Positions 50,574 to 59,204 of a DNA stretch of 64,000 nucleotides are shown piece by piece. The notes beneath the pieces are model-generated. The model made no database searches. It had not been told where the DNA came from and saw only the letters and a program-made list of their open reading frames with translations. The first letter of the stretch is position 1; every line of letters begins with the position of its first letter. Source of the DNA: a virus (lineage: Duplodnaviria > Caudoviricetes); IMG/VR virus record IMGVR_UViG_3300021255_002891, positions 19,521 through 83,520 of that record. The stretch is one strand, 5' to 3'. The translations under genes and the position numbers were made by a program.

Positions 50574-51188
50574 TTATCTGTATGCTGCTACACAAGCATA
50601 TTCCATAGGATTCTTACCCTTCTTCATAATGGCCTCTAGTTTTGCAATCTGCTCGGATATTTCGTATAGGTTGCTGTTTGCTCTAAGCACAATGTCACGA
50701 AGACCAACCAACCTACCATCTGGAGAACCGTTAATTGCCTCCGTATGCCCAAACAGCCTAGTGCACTCTGACTTGCTTATTCCGACCAAAAGGCACTGCA
50801 CGTCCTCAACAATGGCCTTAAGCTTCCAACTGACTCTTTCAATAAGCTCAGTTCCAACATACTGTTTCTGCTCATATATGAGGTTAAGAAGCTCAGAATG
50901 CTTCATCGTCAAACTAGCAATTGCCTTACGGACATCTGCTTGGCTCTTGAGGTACTTTACAAGGTCAGCAGAGCCTCCACGTCCATGACGAAGAACACCA
51001 CTTTCCTTGTCAAAGAACTTCACCAACATTCTAACTGGAACATACGGTGATTTTCTATCATACACGTCTGCCGAAATAACAGACTTTACAAAACACATGG
51101 CACTCTTAATGTCAATGTACTCAATGCCATCAAGCAGATGAGGGTCGTAGGATATTTTATCCCTCTTGGTAACTTTAACTTTTTTCAT
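50574..51188 (-). CDS. hypothetical protein
   Basis: 204-aa ORF, visibly GC-richer than its surroundings. Confidence 0.75.
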   Translation of the reverse strand: MKKVKVTKRDKISYDPHLLDGIEYIDIKSAMCFVKSVISADVYDRKSPYVPVRMLVKFFDKESGVLRHGRGGSADLVKYLKSQADVRKAIASLTMKHSELLNLIYEQKQYVGTELIERVSWKLKAIVEDVQCLLVGISKSECTRLFGHTEAINGSPDGRLVGLRDIVLRANSNLYEISEQIAKLEAIMKKGKNPMEYACVAAYR

Positions 51189-51344
51189 TTATCTAACGTA
51201 TTCACAATCTTCCCAATATGAAGGTAAATTAAGTGCGCATCTTTTTTCATTAGGACTAGATGTCTTAAAACCATTTATCAACAAATCCCTTATTTCAACA
51301 TTTTCGTAACTGTTGAAAATATCCATTAATTCTTTAACTCTCAT
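51189..51344 (-). CDS. small hypothetical protein (51 aa)
   Basis: MRVKELMD..., 18 nt downstream of a promoter; its stop abuts the next ATG. Confidence 0.6.
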   Translation of the reverse strand: MRVKELMDIFNSYENVEIRDLLINGFKTSSPNEKRCALNLPSYWEDCEYVR

Positions 51345-51362
51345 AATTAATCTTTTTTTTTG

Positions 51363-51393
51363 CAAATATACGAAAAAAAATTGAATTACCAAA
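51363..51393 (-). promoter_or_regulatory. Bacteroidota sigma-A-type promoter
   Basis: TTTG (51390-51393), 19 nt, TATATTTG (51363-51370). Confidence 0.75.
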
Positions 51394-51410
51394 ACGATAA
51401 TCCAATTTTT
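51373..51410 (-). terminator. intrinsic terminator overlapping the promoter
   Basis: RNA UUGGAUUAUC-GUUUU-GGUAAUUCAA followed by U8. Confidence 0.7.
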
Positions 51411-51420
51411 TAACATTTTT

Positions 51421-52572
51421 TTATCTAACATATAAACCTAATGGCTTATTTTTCAACACCTTGATGAGTTGTTCATTCATTGTGGACTGTTTTTCCATCA
51501 AGTTCCAAGGTGTCATTCTTTCTAATCTTTCCTTTAATTCGTTAAGAACAGTTTCCTTCTCAGACTTTCCTTGTTCAAGTAGCATGTTATAGTCCATCTG
51601 CATTTCTGCCTCTGGAATCTTTACCGTTCCACTATATGTACCTCTTATGATACCAAGCAAAATCTTAGCCTCTGCCACAAGTAAACGTCTGATAATCTGC
51701 TGTGTAGGATTGTTCATCAACTCATACCTCATCTTATCTAATGGAACTTCATCTGGCGTCAATATCACGTCATCCTTATTCTCAAGTCTGCAAAGTTCAG
51801 CAGCATCATCGCTTCCACTTACATCATAATATGTGTACCATACATAACAATTTGCATATCTATTCCAACCCCAAGTATCATCGGCAGCAATACCACCAAC
51901 CATATTTGGAGAGCCTGGAACTGATAGCAAATGTACCAAGTGTGTGCCCTCTGGGCCAGCTGTAACTTGATAAGCCAAATCACCTCTCAATAGAGAGTTT
52001 TTATATTTTAAGTCAGCAGCCATTAACGCTGTGTCATAAGCAGAACCGACATAGAAACCAGTAATTCCCATGCCATTTCCCATATTACCGTACTGACCAA
52101 ATCCGCCACCAATACCTGTGTCTAGAGTACCTAGATTACCATAAAGTGCTGCCTTGGTTGTTGATGGGGTAACATACATAACCTTGTTGATTTCACGTCC
52201 TGCTGGTATGACATATACTTGTTTCCCTCTCTCAACTTGGAAAAAATCTTTTTTTAACTCATATGGACCTCTCTGTTGTAAACCAACCTCACGAGAGAAC
52301 CAATATGAATAATCTCTTGACCAATCCATAGTCCTAATAGTCATTGCATATGCTAGCTCATTTGCATTCTGAAACTGAATCGTGTTCTTATTCTGTATGT
52401 TGAGCCATTGTGTTTCAAGCACCCAGTTCTGTACCTTCTCAGCATAGTCTCCGACAGCCACATCTAATAAATCACATAACTGCTCATCCTCTAACTGGAC
52501 CGCCCTTATAGGACTACCCAACATCGTCCTTACAGTCCTAAATAAAGCTTTTACATCTTCTGTTAATACCAT
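51421..52572 (-). CDS. neck / head-tail adaptor protein (T4 gp13-like)
   Basis: VRTMLGSPIRAVQLEDEQL...AV.DY at the N-terminus; AKILLG.IRG.Y...L...G..EK..L at the C-terminus. Start set at MVLTED. Confidence 0.75.
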   Translation of the reverse strand: MVLTEDVKALFRTVRTMLGSPIRAVQLEDEQLCDLLDVAVGDYAEKVQNWVLETQWLNIQNKNTIQFQNANELAYAMTIRTMDWSRDYSYWFSREVGLQQRGPYELKKDFFQVERGKQVYVIPAGREINKVMYVTPSTTKAALYGNLGTLDTGIGGGFGQYGNMGNGMGITGFYVGSAYDTALMAADLKYKNSLLRGDLAYQVTAGPEGTHLVHLLSVPGSPNMVGGIAADDTWGWNRYANCYVWYTYYDVSGSDDAAELCRLENKDDVILTPDEVPLDKMRYELMNNPTQQIIRRLLVAEAKILLGIIRGTYSGTVKIPEAEMQMDYNMLLEQGKSEKETVLNELKERLERMTPWNLMEKQSTMNEQLIKVLKNKPLGLYVR

Positions 52573-52633
52573 AGTATAGTTATTTATACTATAAATATTA
52601 TCACCATTCTTATTTTTATACTTGATATAATAC

Positions 52634-52664
52634 AAAAAAATCCTAAGAAATTATCTTAGGATTT
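52634..52664 (-). terminator. intrinsic terminator ending the R-M island
   Basis: AAATCCTAAGA-aatta-TCTTAGGATTT with an A/T tract. Confidence 0.75.
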
Positions 52665-52738
52665 AATTTGCAGCCACTTCTGCCGCAATTAATTCTTTCT
52701 TTAATCTTTTAAAGTTCAAAAGAAATTAATCTAAGGTT

Positions 52739-53120
52739 TTATACAGCAGATTCTGCCATAGCTAGTTCTTGTTCGTCACTAATAGTCATTCCAATATCTT
52801 CGCTACTAATTCCAACACCAATGCAATTTTTAGATTTTAAAATAGACTCAGCAATATTTTTATTTATACTTTTATGCCTATTAAAAACAGCATTTTGCAT
52901 ATCTATTCTATATTCGTCTATACGAGTCAGCTATGTATATTCTAGTAATTTTACTAGTATTTTCATCATAGTCAACAGTTACAGAAATTTTTGTTGCTCC
53001 AACCTCATTTTCCATTGCATTGTCAATGCATTCCATAATTGCAGCATAACTACTATTATATCCAGCACCTCTGAGTGCTGTATATATGTTAGGTGATGGG
53101 TAAATTGTTAACTTTTTCAT
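52739..53120 (-). pseudogene. internally deleted GHKL (MORC/HATPase_c_3-like) ATPase remnant
   Basis: PSPNIYTALRGAGY...AIMECIDNA...IYIAD breaks off just before the G-box. A second frame (TRIDEYRIDMQ...AMAESAV*) continues to TAA at 52739. Confidence 0.7.
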
Positions 53121-53121
53121 T

Positions 53122-53646
53122 TTATCTATCAATTAATAAATTTCCAACAAACGTATTTATATTATTACAAAAAAATATTGATTTAAACGGTATTTTATTA
53201 TCGCATCCGATATATTTTATGCGATTTCTAAATTGTATAGTCTGCATACCATTAGGGTTATATTTCATATATAAATCTACTGGAGCTGCATCATTAAACC
53301 ATTGTGCTGTCATCAGTAACATAAAAGGTTTTCCCAACTGAAAAGCCCTTTCGAAAATTTGTTTTTTATTAGTAAAAGGTGGGTTTGAGATTATAATATC
53401 CCAATGTTCTTTTGGCTCATAATCGTAAAAATTTTGTCCCATAGAGATATGAGAATAAATGACTTTAAAACCATTCTCTTTTAATACTTTGACAAAAAAA
53501 CTCTCCTCTGTGTCGAAAGGACACCATATTACAAATGACTTTGGCACAAATGGAATTATAGATTCGACAACATATTTAGGAGTATAGCATTCATCATTTT
53601 TACCACTTGTTTTGTAAATCGCATTATTAATTGTAAATTCTTTCAT
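53122..53646 (-). CDS. DNA amino (N6-adenine-type) methyltransferase
   Basis: DECYTP, WCPFD, and catalytic DIIISNPPF. Start set at MKEFT. Confidence 0.8.
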   Translation of the reverse strand: MKEFTINNAIYKTSGKNDECYTPKYVVESIIPFVPKSFVIWCPFDTEESFFVKVLKENGFKVIYSHISMGQNFYDYEPKEHWDIIISNPPFTNKKQIFERAFQLGKPFMLLMTAQWFNDAAPVDLYMKYNPNGMQTIQFRNRIKYIGCDNKIPFKSIFFCNNINTFVGNLLIDR

Positions 53647-53663
53647 ATCTGTATATTTTTTTG

Positions 53664-53695
53664 CAAATATATATAAAATTAATGAGATACACAAC
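53664..53695 (-). promoter_or_regulatory. Bacteroidota sigma-A-type promoter (one mismatch at -33)
   Basis: GTTG, 20 nt, TATATTTG (53664-53671). Confidence 0.6.
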
Positions 53696-54336
53696 TAATT
53701 AACATATTTTAACTTGTCATTTAATTTATCCCTCCATTTATTCCCATCATACCAACCACATCCTTCGCACGTACCATCATATTTACTGTCTCCGCTATAC
53801 CAAAAGTTTATTCCAAAAAGTCCTTCTCTAATACCCTCATTTTTACATTTTGTGCAAACTCTATCCTTTAATAGGTTGTGTTCTCTTGTCAGCAGTTGAA
53901 AACTATTTCGTATTTCTTCCTCACTGATGTTATCTGTATTTATATCAGAATCTAATCTAGTCCAAGGCGTTTTATGGTCTATTTCTAGCGTAGACGTTAT
54001 TGTTGCATTAGTAAAAGCATCCTTATTTTTATAAAATGATAGAATTTTTTTTCTAACTTTGCCACTTATTTTGTTTCTCTGGTGTGTTTCTAATCTAGGT
54101 TCAATTTCAAGTAGTTTATAATGAGTAGTCTCTCTACCGCATATTGGGCAATACACCTTTTTGCCCCACCTATTTGGCGCAACTTCTTCAAAAACATATC
54201 CTTGGTTTTTGATTTCCCTAAATATCGCAGCTGGTTGACCGCTTTCAGAGTTATGAGTTGAACAAACCCATTTACCACAATTTGTCTTAAATGCGTTTAA
54301 AAGTTTTTTATATTTTGAACTACTTATTATATTCAC
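53695..54336 (-). CDS. HNH/Zn-finger endonuclease, type II restriction enzyme-like
   Basis: CPIC, EIDHK.P...QLL.REHN..K..C..C and C-terminal CEGC.W. Confidence 0.7.
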   Translation of the reverse strand: MNIISSSKYKKLLNAFKTNCGKWVCSTHNSESGQPAAIFREIKNQGYVFEEVAPNRWGKKVYCPICGRETTHYKLLEIEPRLETHQRNKISGKVRKKILSFYKNKDAFTNATITSTLEIDHKTPWTRLDSDINTDNISEEEIRNSFQLLTREHNLLKDRVCTKCKNEGIREGLFGINFWYSGDSKYDGTCEGCGWYDGNKWRDKLNDKLKYVN

Positions 54337-55111
54337 ATTTTACAAGTTTATAATCTATTTTATTCTCTGAAACTTCATTTATTATCATAATACTACTCTT
54401 GGTAGAGTAGAATTTGTAATCATTATTATTTTGTACCTTATTACAAAAAATGTGCTCTTCGGAAAGGTTTTTAGCAAGATATTCTAATGCTTCCCACCTC
54501 TTTCTGTAACCGCATTCAACCATAAACCTATTTAAATATGCAAAATCCGAATTACTGACTATGAACAATCTATTATTAATACTGTCGGCGTGTCCTCTTT
54601 CAGATGGGTCTTTTGCATTAATTGACGAGCCTTTTGTATACATATTCTCTATGTAACCCTTGGGGTTATCCAATATACCTTTAACAGTACTGTAACTACC
54701 ATTAATCTTAGGGTATGTAGTCTTTAAATCAAATTCAATACCATTGATAATATTATCCCATTTGTGGTCTTTAAGATTTGAGTTGTGTTTGCAGCCCAAT
54801 AAATCAAGATACCACTCATCTGTATATGATACACGAGTCTTAAAAATCCTTGAAACTGCATATTCTCGTTCAGTTTTGTCCTCTATGGCAATAACCTTAT
54901 CAAATAATTCATCACTCGTTATATTAAAATTGTTGACACCTTTAAACCAGTCACTAAAACCCATAGCCTTAGTAACAGCATCATTCATTTTTTTGCTTTG
55001 TTTTATTCCCGAAAACGGAACAAAAGAATCATCTATAATCCCTTCATCTATTATCTTAAAGCAAAATTTACGAGTGTTTTTAGCATAATTTAATAATTTC
55101 TCTTTGTCCAT
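54320..55111 (-). CDS. PD-(D/E)xK-type putative restriction endonuclease
   Basis: WD.II.GIEFDLKTT (D...DxK variant) and NRLFIV; overlaps both the MTase and the HNH gene. Confidence 0.55.
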   Translation of the reverse strand: MDKEKLLNYAKNTRKFCFKIIDEGIIDDSFVPFSGIKQSKKMNDAVTKAMGFSDWFKGVNNFNITSDELFDKVIAIEDKTEREYAVSRIFKTRVSYTDEWYLDLLGCKHNSNLKDHKWDNIINGIEFDLKTTYPKINGSYSTVKGILDNPKGYIENMYTKGSSINAKDPSERGHADSINNRLFIVSNSDFAYLNRFMVECGYRKRWEALEYLAKNLSEEHIFCNKVQNNNDYKFYSTKSSIMIINEVSENKIDYKLVKCEYNK

Positions 55112-56111
55112 TATATCCGCATTTTATAATAGCCAATGCTATGGCTTTAGCTAAATTGCAAGGAACTGCATTTCCAATCTGTACCAATTGGTCTTTTTTT
55201 GACCCGCAAAATATAAAATCGTCTGGAAAACTTTGCAACCTTGCCATTTCTCTTGGAGTTATCACCCTAGGCAATTTTGGGTGTATATTAACTGCTCCAT
55301 GATTTTCTTTTATCGTGCAACTAGGTTCATCCCAAGGACTTTTCCTCCACGATTCTGGATATTTTTCATACAACGATTTACCTTCTTCAACAGCTAAAAG
55401 TCTTTCTTTCATTTCATCACTATGTTTAGTAAACACGTGATTGAATTCTTTGTTTTCTTCCAACTCCATTAAATCGCCTATTGCTTGCCCAACTGTAACA
55501 TAATGCTCTTTATCCGTTAATGGTTCTGGAAATTCTATTTCCTTTCCAACCCTATTGCCAATCAAAATCCATCTTTGCCTAGTTTGAGGCGTTAAATAAT
55601 CAGCAGCATTTAAAACTTTCCATTTAACGCAATATCCTATATTCTCCAAATCTTCGCAAACTTGCTTGACAATATCACCATTTAGCATTGAAACCATACC
55701 TGGAACATTTTCCATTGTAATCCACTTCGGTTTCAGTTTAGAAATAATTTCAACGGCTTCCTTGTATAATATATTTCTTGGGTCATCAATCATTCTTCTA
55801 CCAGCCATTGAAAAGCCTTGACAAGGAGGCGATGCATGGAGTATATCAAGTTCGTTTCCATTTAATTTGTTTTTAACAACTTCGTACAGCCTTTCTTTTG
55901 TTTCATCAAGAGTTATGTCTCCATTGATAACCTCACAATCAATATTTCTACTATGTGTATCGCAAGCAGATTTAAAAAAGTCAACTGCTGCTATTGGTTT
56001 TAAATTGGCCATTTCATAACCTTTTGATACACCACCAGCTCCACAAAATAAATCTACGAAAGTAATTTCCGTTTTTTTAGGCGATTCCCAAATATCCTTT
56101 ATATTAATCAT
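55080..56111 (-). CDS. dcm: DNA (cytosine-5) methyltransferase
   Basis: DLFCGAGG, SPPCQGFS, ENV, QTRQR, HP...R.ITPRE.ARLQSFPD, QIGNAVP. Start set at MINIKD. Confidence 0.95.
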   Translation of the reverse strand: MINIKDIWESPKKTEITFVDLFCGAGGVSKGYEMANLKPIAAVDFFKSACDTHSRNIDCEVINGDITLDETKERLYEVVKNKLNGNELDILHASPPCQGFSMAGRRMIDDPRNILYKEAVEIISKLKPKWITMENVPGMVSMLNGDIVKQVCEDLENIGYCVKWKVLNAADYLTPQTRQRWILIGNRVGKEIEFPEPLTDKEHYVTVGQAIGDLMELEENKEFNHVFTKHSDEMKERLLAVEEGKSLYEKYPESWRKSPWDEPSCTIKENHGAVNIHPKLPRVITPREMARLQSFPDDFIFCGSKKDQLVQIGNAVPCNLAKAIALAIIKCGYNGQREIIKLC

Positions 56112-56126
56112 ATCTAAAACTTTTTG

Positions 56127-56158
56127 CAAATATATAAAAATTTTTTTAAAAAAACAAA
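56127..56158 (-). promoter_or_regulatory. Bacteroidota sigma-A-type promoter
   Basis: TTTG (56155-56158), 20 nt, TATATTTG (56127-56134). Confidence 0.75.
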
Positions 56159-56188
56159 AAAAAATGAGAGATTTTTTATCTCTCATTT
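56156..56188 (-). terminator. intrinsic terminator abutting the promoter
   Basis: AAATGAGAGAT-ttttt-ATCTCTCATTT with an A/T tract. Confidence 0.75.
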
Positions 56189-56193
56189 CTTAT

Positions 56194-57003
56194 TTATCCC
56201 CAAGTATCTACCATTGCATCAGCAATTCCTTGGAACGTCTTAGACCTTAATCTTCGTCTAGCCTCATCATAATATTTCTTCTTAGCCAATTTTCCTTCCT
56301 TTGTGGATATATCTATATTATTGTCTACAACCCATTGGCTTGTCTCATCTGCCGCTTGCTGCAATGCCTTATACATCCATTCAGAATACTTATACTTGCC
56401 GCCTTTAAGATTAATATCTAACCCACTAGGTTCTGTTTTAACTTGAGGTGCTAATGGAGGCAGATTCTTAAGCCATAAACAAGTAAGCTTCTTTGCCATA
56501 TCGCCAAATTGCCAAGGTTGTATCATTTGGTCTGGCTTTCTCCATCTTGTGCTCATCACACCAACTGGATTCTCTATCGCAACCTTATCAACATCAGCAT
56601 TAGCAACTTTCATAAAGAATGCTGCACCATCTTCAAGGTTCTTCATCCTTTCAGCATTTATCGACCCATCCTTATTATATAACCATCTAGCCCCTGACAC
56701 AGCAAGATATGTGCAAGGTGGATGGGCAATCAATAAATTCCACTTGTCAACCTTTACTTTCTTTCCTCCTTGTGTAACTCCACCACGATTATTAATTATA
56801 TCAAATATATCAGCCTTGAAATGCCATTCTGGATGTCCACCACTACAGTCTTGCAAGTCACAACTATAAGCATTATGACCTTTTTTCCTAAATGCAAGAC
56901 AAACCGCTTGACTTTCTTCACACCCTATAAGCACATTCATTGGCTTAAATTCAGACTCTAGAATAATGTTATACTTTTCTTCTGTAATGTGTATCTTTTT
57001 CAT
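56194..57003 (-). CDS. phage-type C5 cytosine methyltransferase-like protein with an N-terminal leader
   Basis: VLIGCEESQ, AYSCD, IAHPPCTYL (catalytic PC), IENP, QPWQFG, RSKTF.GIA.AM. Start set at MKKIHIT. Confidence 0.75.
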   Translation of the reverse strand: MKKIHITEEKYNIILESEFKPMNVLIGCEESQAVCLAFRKKGHNAYSCDLQDCSGGHPEWHFKADIFDIINNRGGVTQGGKKVKVDKWNLLIAHPPCTYLAVSGARWLYNKDGSINAERMKNLEDGAAFFMKVANADVDKVAIENPVGVMSTRWRKPDQMIQPWQFGDMAKKLTCLWLKNLPPLAPQVKTEPSGLDINLKGGKYKYSEWMYKALQQAADETSQWVVDNNIDISTKEGKLAKKKYYDEARRRLRSKTFQGIADAMVDTWG

Positions 57004-57047
57004 AACGGAAAAACAAAATCTTATTATATATAAATATTTTAACATTG

Positions 57048-57078
57048 CAAATATACGAAAAAAAAATGGATTGGCAAA
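57048..57078 (-). promoter_or_regulatory. Bacteroidota sigma-A-type promoter
   Basis: TTTG (57075-57078), 19 nt, TATATTTG (57048-57055). Confidence 0.75.
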
Positions 57079-57097
57079 AATCCAACCCAATTTTTTT
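57058..57097 (-). terminator. intrinsic terminator overlapping the promoter
   Basis: RNA UGGGUUGG-AUUUUUG-CCAAUCCA followed by U9. Confidence 0.7.
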
Positions 57098-57683
57098 AGC
57101 ATTTATTAATACTTTTTTCTTTTCTCAACTCATTTATTGGCCTCAACAAGTCTTGAAACCCATCTATCTTGTCTCCGATATATTCTTTGCAATAGGAAAC
57201 TCTTGTAAGTCTATTTCTATATCTTTGGTTGTCAGCAGATTTCTTGTCTCTGCCTTTTCCGTCAAACACAGTACCTCTAACGTTTGGATTCCTTGAAAGT
57301 GCCTCTCCAAACTTTCTATGTGCTGTCTTTATATACAACTTATAATCATGTTCCTCGTCCGACAGTGACTTAACTATGCCACCAACGAAATTGAATATAA
57401 TTGTGCTAAGTCCTAGTCCTTGATAGTCTGGCAGTATTACAATTCTACTTATTGAACACCCATAAGGAATGCCCTTTCTAGGTGTGTTAAGAATTCCAAC
57501 AAAACCTACTGGAACACCATCCCATTCAAACAATAAACACTTGCAAGACTTATTCAATTCTGCCGTCAAATAATGGCATTTTGAAAATCCTAAGCTTTTC
57601 CACACACTAGGTTCACAACGTCTCACTGTCAGTTGTATGTACGGCCTTTCTCCTTTTTTATGATTAATTTGAATTGTTTTCAC
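57096..57683 (-). CDS. GNAT-family acetyltransferase
   Basis: CHYL, F.W.G.PVGF, and the acetyl-CoA motif SRIVILPDYQGLGL. Confidence 0.8.
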   Translation of the reverse strand: MKTIQINHKKGERPYIQLTVRRCEPSVWKSLGFSKCHYLTAELNKSCKCLLFEWDGVPVGFVGILNTPRKGIPYGCSISRIVILPDYQGLGLSTIIFNFVGGIVKSLSDEEHDYKLYIKTAHRKFGEALSRNPNVRGTVFDGKGRDKKSADNQRYRNRLTRVSYCKEYIGDKIDGFQDLLRPINELRKEKSINKC

Positions 57684-58164
57684 TATCTTTTGTCTTTTCC
57701 TTCAACTTATTTTCATAAGCCTCCATAGCTTTCTGTCTGTTTTCCTTCCACTTGTTGTGACAATCCTCACATTCAGCATAAATCCAATAATTTTCATTTA
57801 TTGGCTTGACAATGTGTTTTCCGCACACTTCACAAGTGTGATATGATTTCTCTTCGGCATCCCTAATCATCTGCCTAAGTTCATCATTATACTTGTTAAC
57901 GTAGAAACACAAAAAACCAAATTTTTCTTTTATTTGGTGTATTTCGAACTTATCATCATGCTCTTCGTTATACTTGTTAATGTAGTCTATGATTGGCTGA
58001 TACAACTCTTTCCATCCTTCACCGCACTCTATGCCAAATAGCTCATAAGGCCATTGTGGAGTGAATCTCTCAGGATGTTCTTTTTTTTCAAGTTCCTTTT
58101 CCTTTCTGTACTTCTCAATTATTTTTTGCAATTCTTGCAATCTTTCTTTTTTAGTCTGTTCCAT
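57664..58164 (-). CDS. phage hypothetical protein with a Zn-ribbon
   Basis: ECGEGW...QIKEKFG..FY...CEVCG...CEDC. Confidence 0.75.
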   Translation of the reverse strand: MEQTKKERLQELQKIIEKYRKEKELEKKEHPERFTPQWPYELFGIECGEGWKELYQPIIDYINKYNEEHDDKFEIHQIKEKFGFLCFYVNKYNDELRQMIRDAEEKSYHTCEVCGKHIVKPINENYWIYAECEDCHNKWKENRQKAMEAYENKLKEKTKDSENNSN

Positions 58165-58291
58165 TTTTGTATGTATTAACTATCAAATCTATTGCCTCAC
58201 CTAGATACTTAGGGTCTACCATAGGAATGTCAGCACCCCTTCTCCATTTATTGTGATGCTCCAATAGCATAAGTGCCTCTTGTACTTCCAT
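58151..58291 (-). CDS. small phage protein (46 aa)
   Basis: Translated by hand: MEVQEALMLLEHHNKWRRGADIPMVDPKYLGEAIDLIVNTYKNGTD; overlaps both neighbours. Confidence 0.65.
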   Translation of the reverse strand: MEVQEALMLLEHHNKWRRGADIPMVDPKYLGEAIDLIVNTYKNGTD

Positions 58292-59204
58292 ATTTAATAA
58301 AATTAACTAAGTCATTAGCATTATTGAAAAAACGGTTATCAAATTCATAATATTTATTAAATTTTTCTTTAAAATAGTAAACTAATATTAAACCATTTTC
58401 ATTGCAAATTTTATTTTTATTCTTATCCCTATTCTTGATTGTTTCTATCCCACCCATAAACTTCTCATCAATAAAATGCTGTCCACCTTGGCATTCTATA
58501 CCAATATTATAATTTTTGATATAAAAATCTAATGTTTGTTTTCCTAACCAACTAAAATGTTTCCATTGTTCATATTCAATACCGCTATCACATAAAGCAA
58601 GCCTAACTTCATTCTCCAAATGGCTTTCGTTACAAATTGGGCATCCTTTACCGTTTAAATGATTATTTGGCGTTTGCCAAAATTTACCATGTTCTGGACA
58701 TATTATACAGACATTTTTTTGAGATTTATCATATTTCACTTCTGAATAATCGTATTTGTCTCCGTGAATTTTCCTTGCCTTATCAATAAACTCTTCATTT
58801 GTTATACTTTTATTTGCGCACTTAGGACAACCAACGCCTCTATACAATGCTAATGCATATTGTTCGAATTCACCATGCTTCGAGCATATTACTTTGACTT
58901 TATTTTTCATTTTTGAATATTTAGTCAAAGAGAAATCATATTTATCGCCAAATTTATCTTTGCACCTTTTTAAAAATTCAATTTCATTAAGTGCTCTATT
59001 TTCACTTCTTTTTACAATTCCACATTTTCTACATCCATATTTATAATGATTAGTTGGTAATTGTGAAAATTCTCCATGAACTGGGCATATTATACAAACT
59101 TTAGTCGAACTGTCTATATAATTAACTTTAGAATAATCATATTTATCACCATGAATTTGTTTGGCTTTTTTAATAAATTCATCACTTGTTAATCTTTTAT
59201 TCAT
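58248..59204 (-). mobile_element. free-standing putative homing endonuclease (repeated Zn modules plus Vsr/PD-(D/E)xK-like C-terminal domain)
   Basis: Three repeats of F..KA..IHG.KYDYS.V.Y....V.IIC..HG.F.Q....H..G.GC..C, then LDFYI...IGIECQGGQHF; markedly AT-rich. Confidence 0.75.

Noticed and set aside
53122-54336. In-frame TAG between the HNH nuclease and the adenine MTase, suggesting a readthrough fusion
   Set aside because: The 16-codon linker is the AT-rich promoter region of the MTase, and there is no other evidence of TAG recoding.
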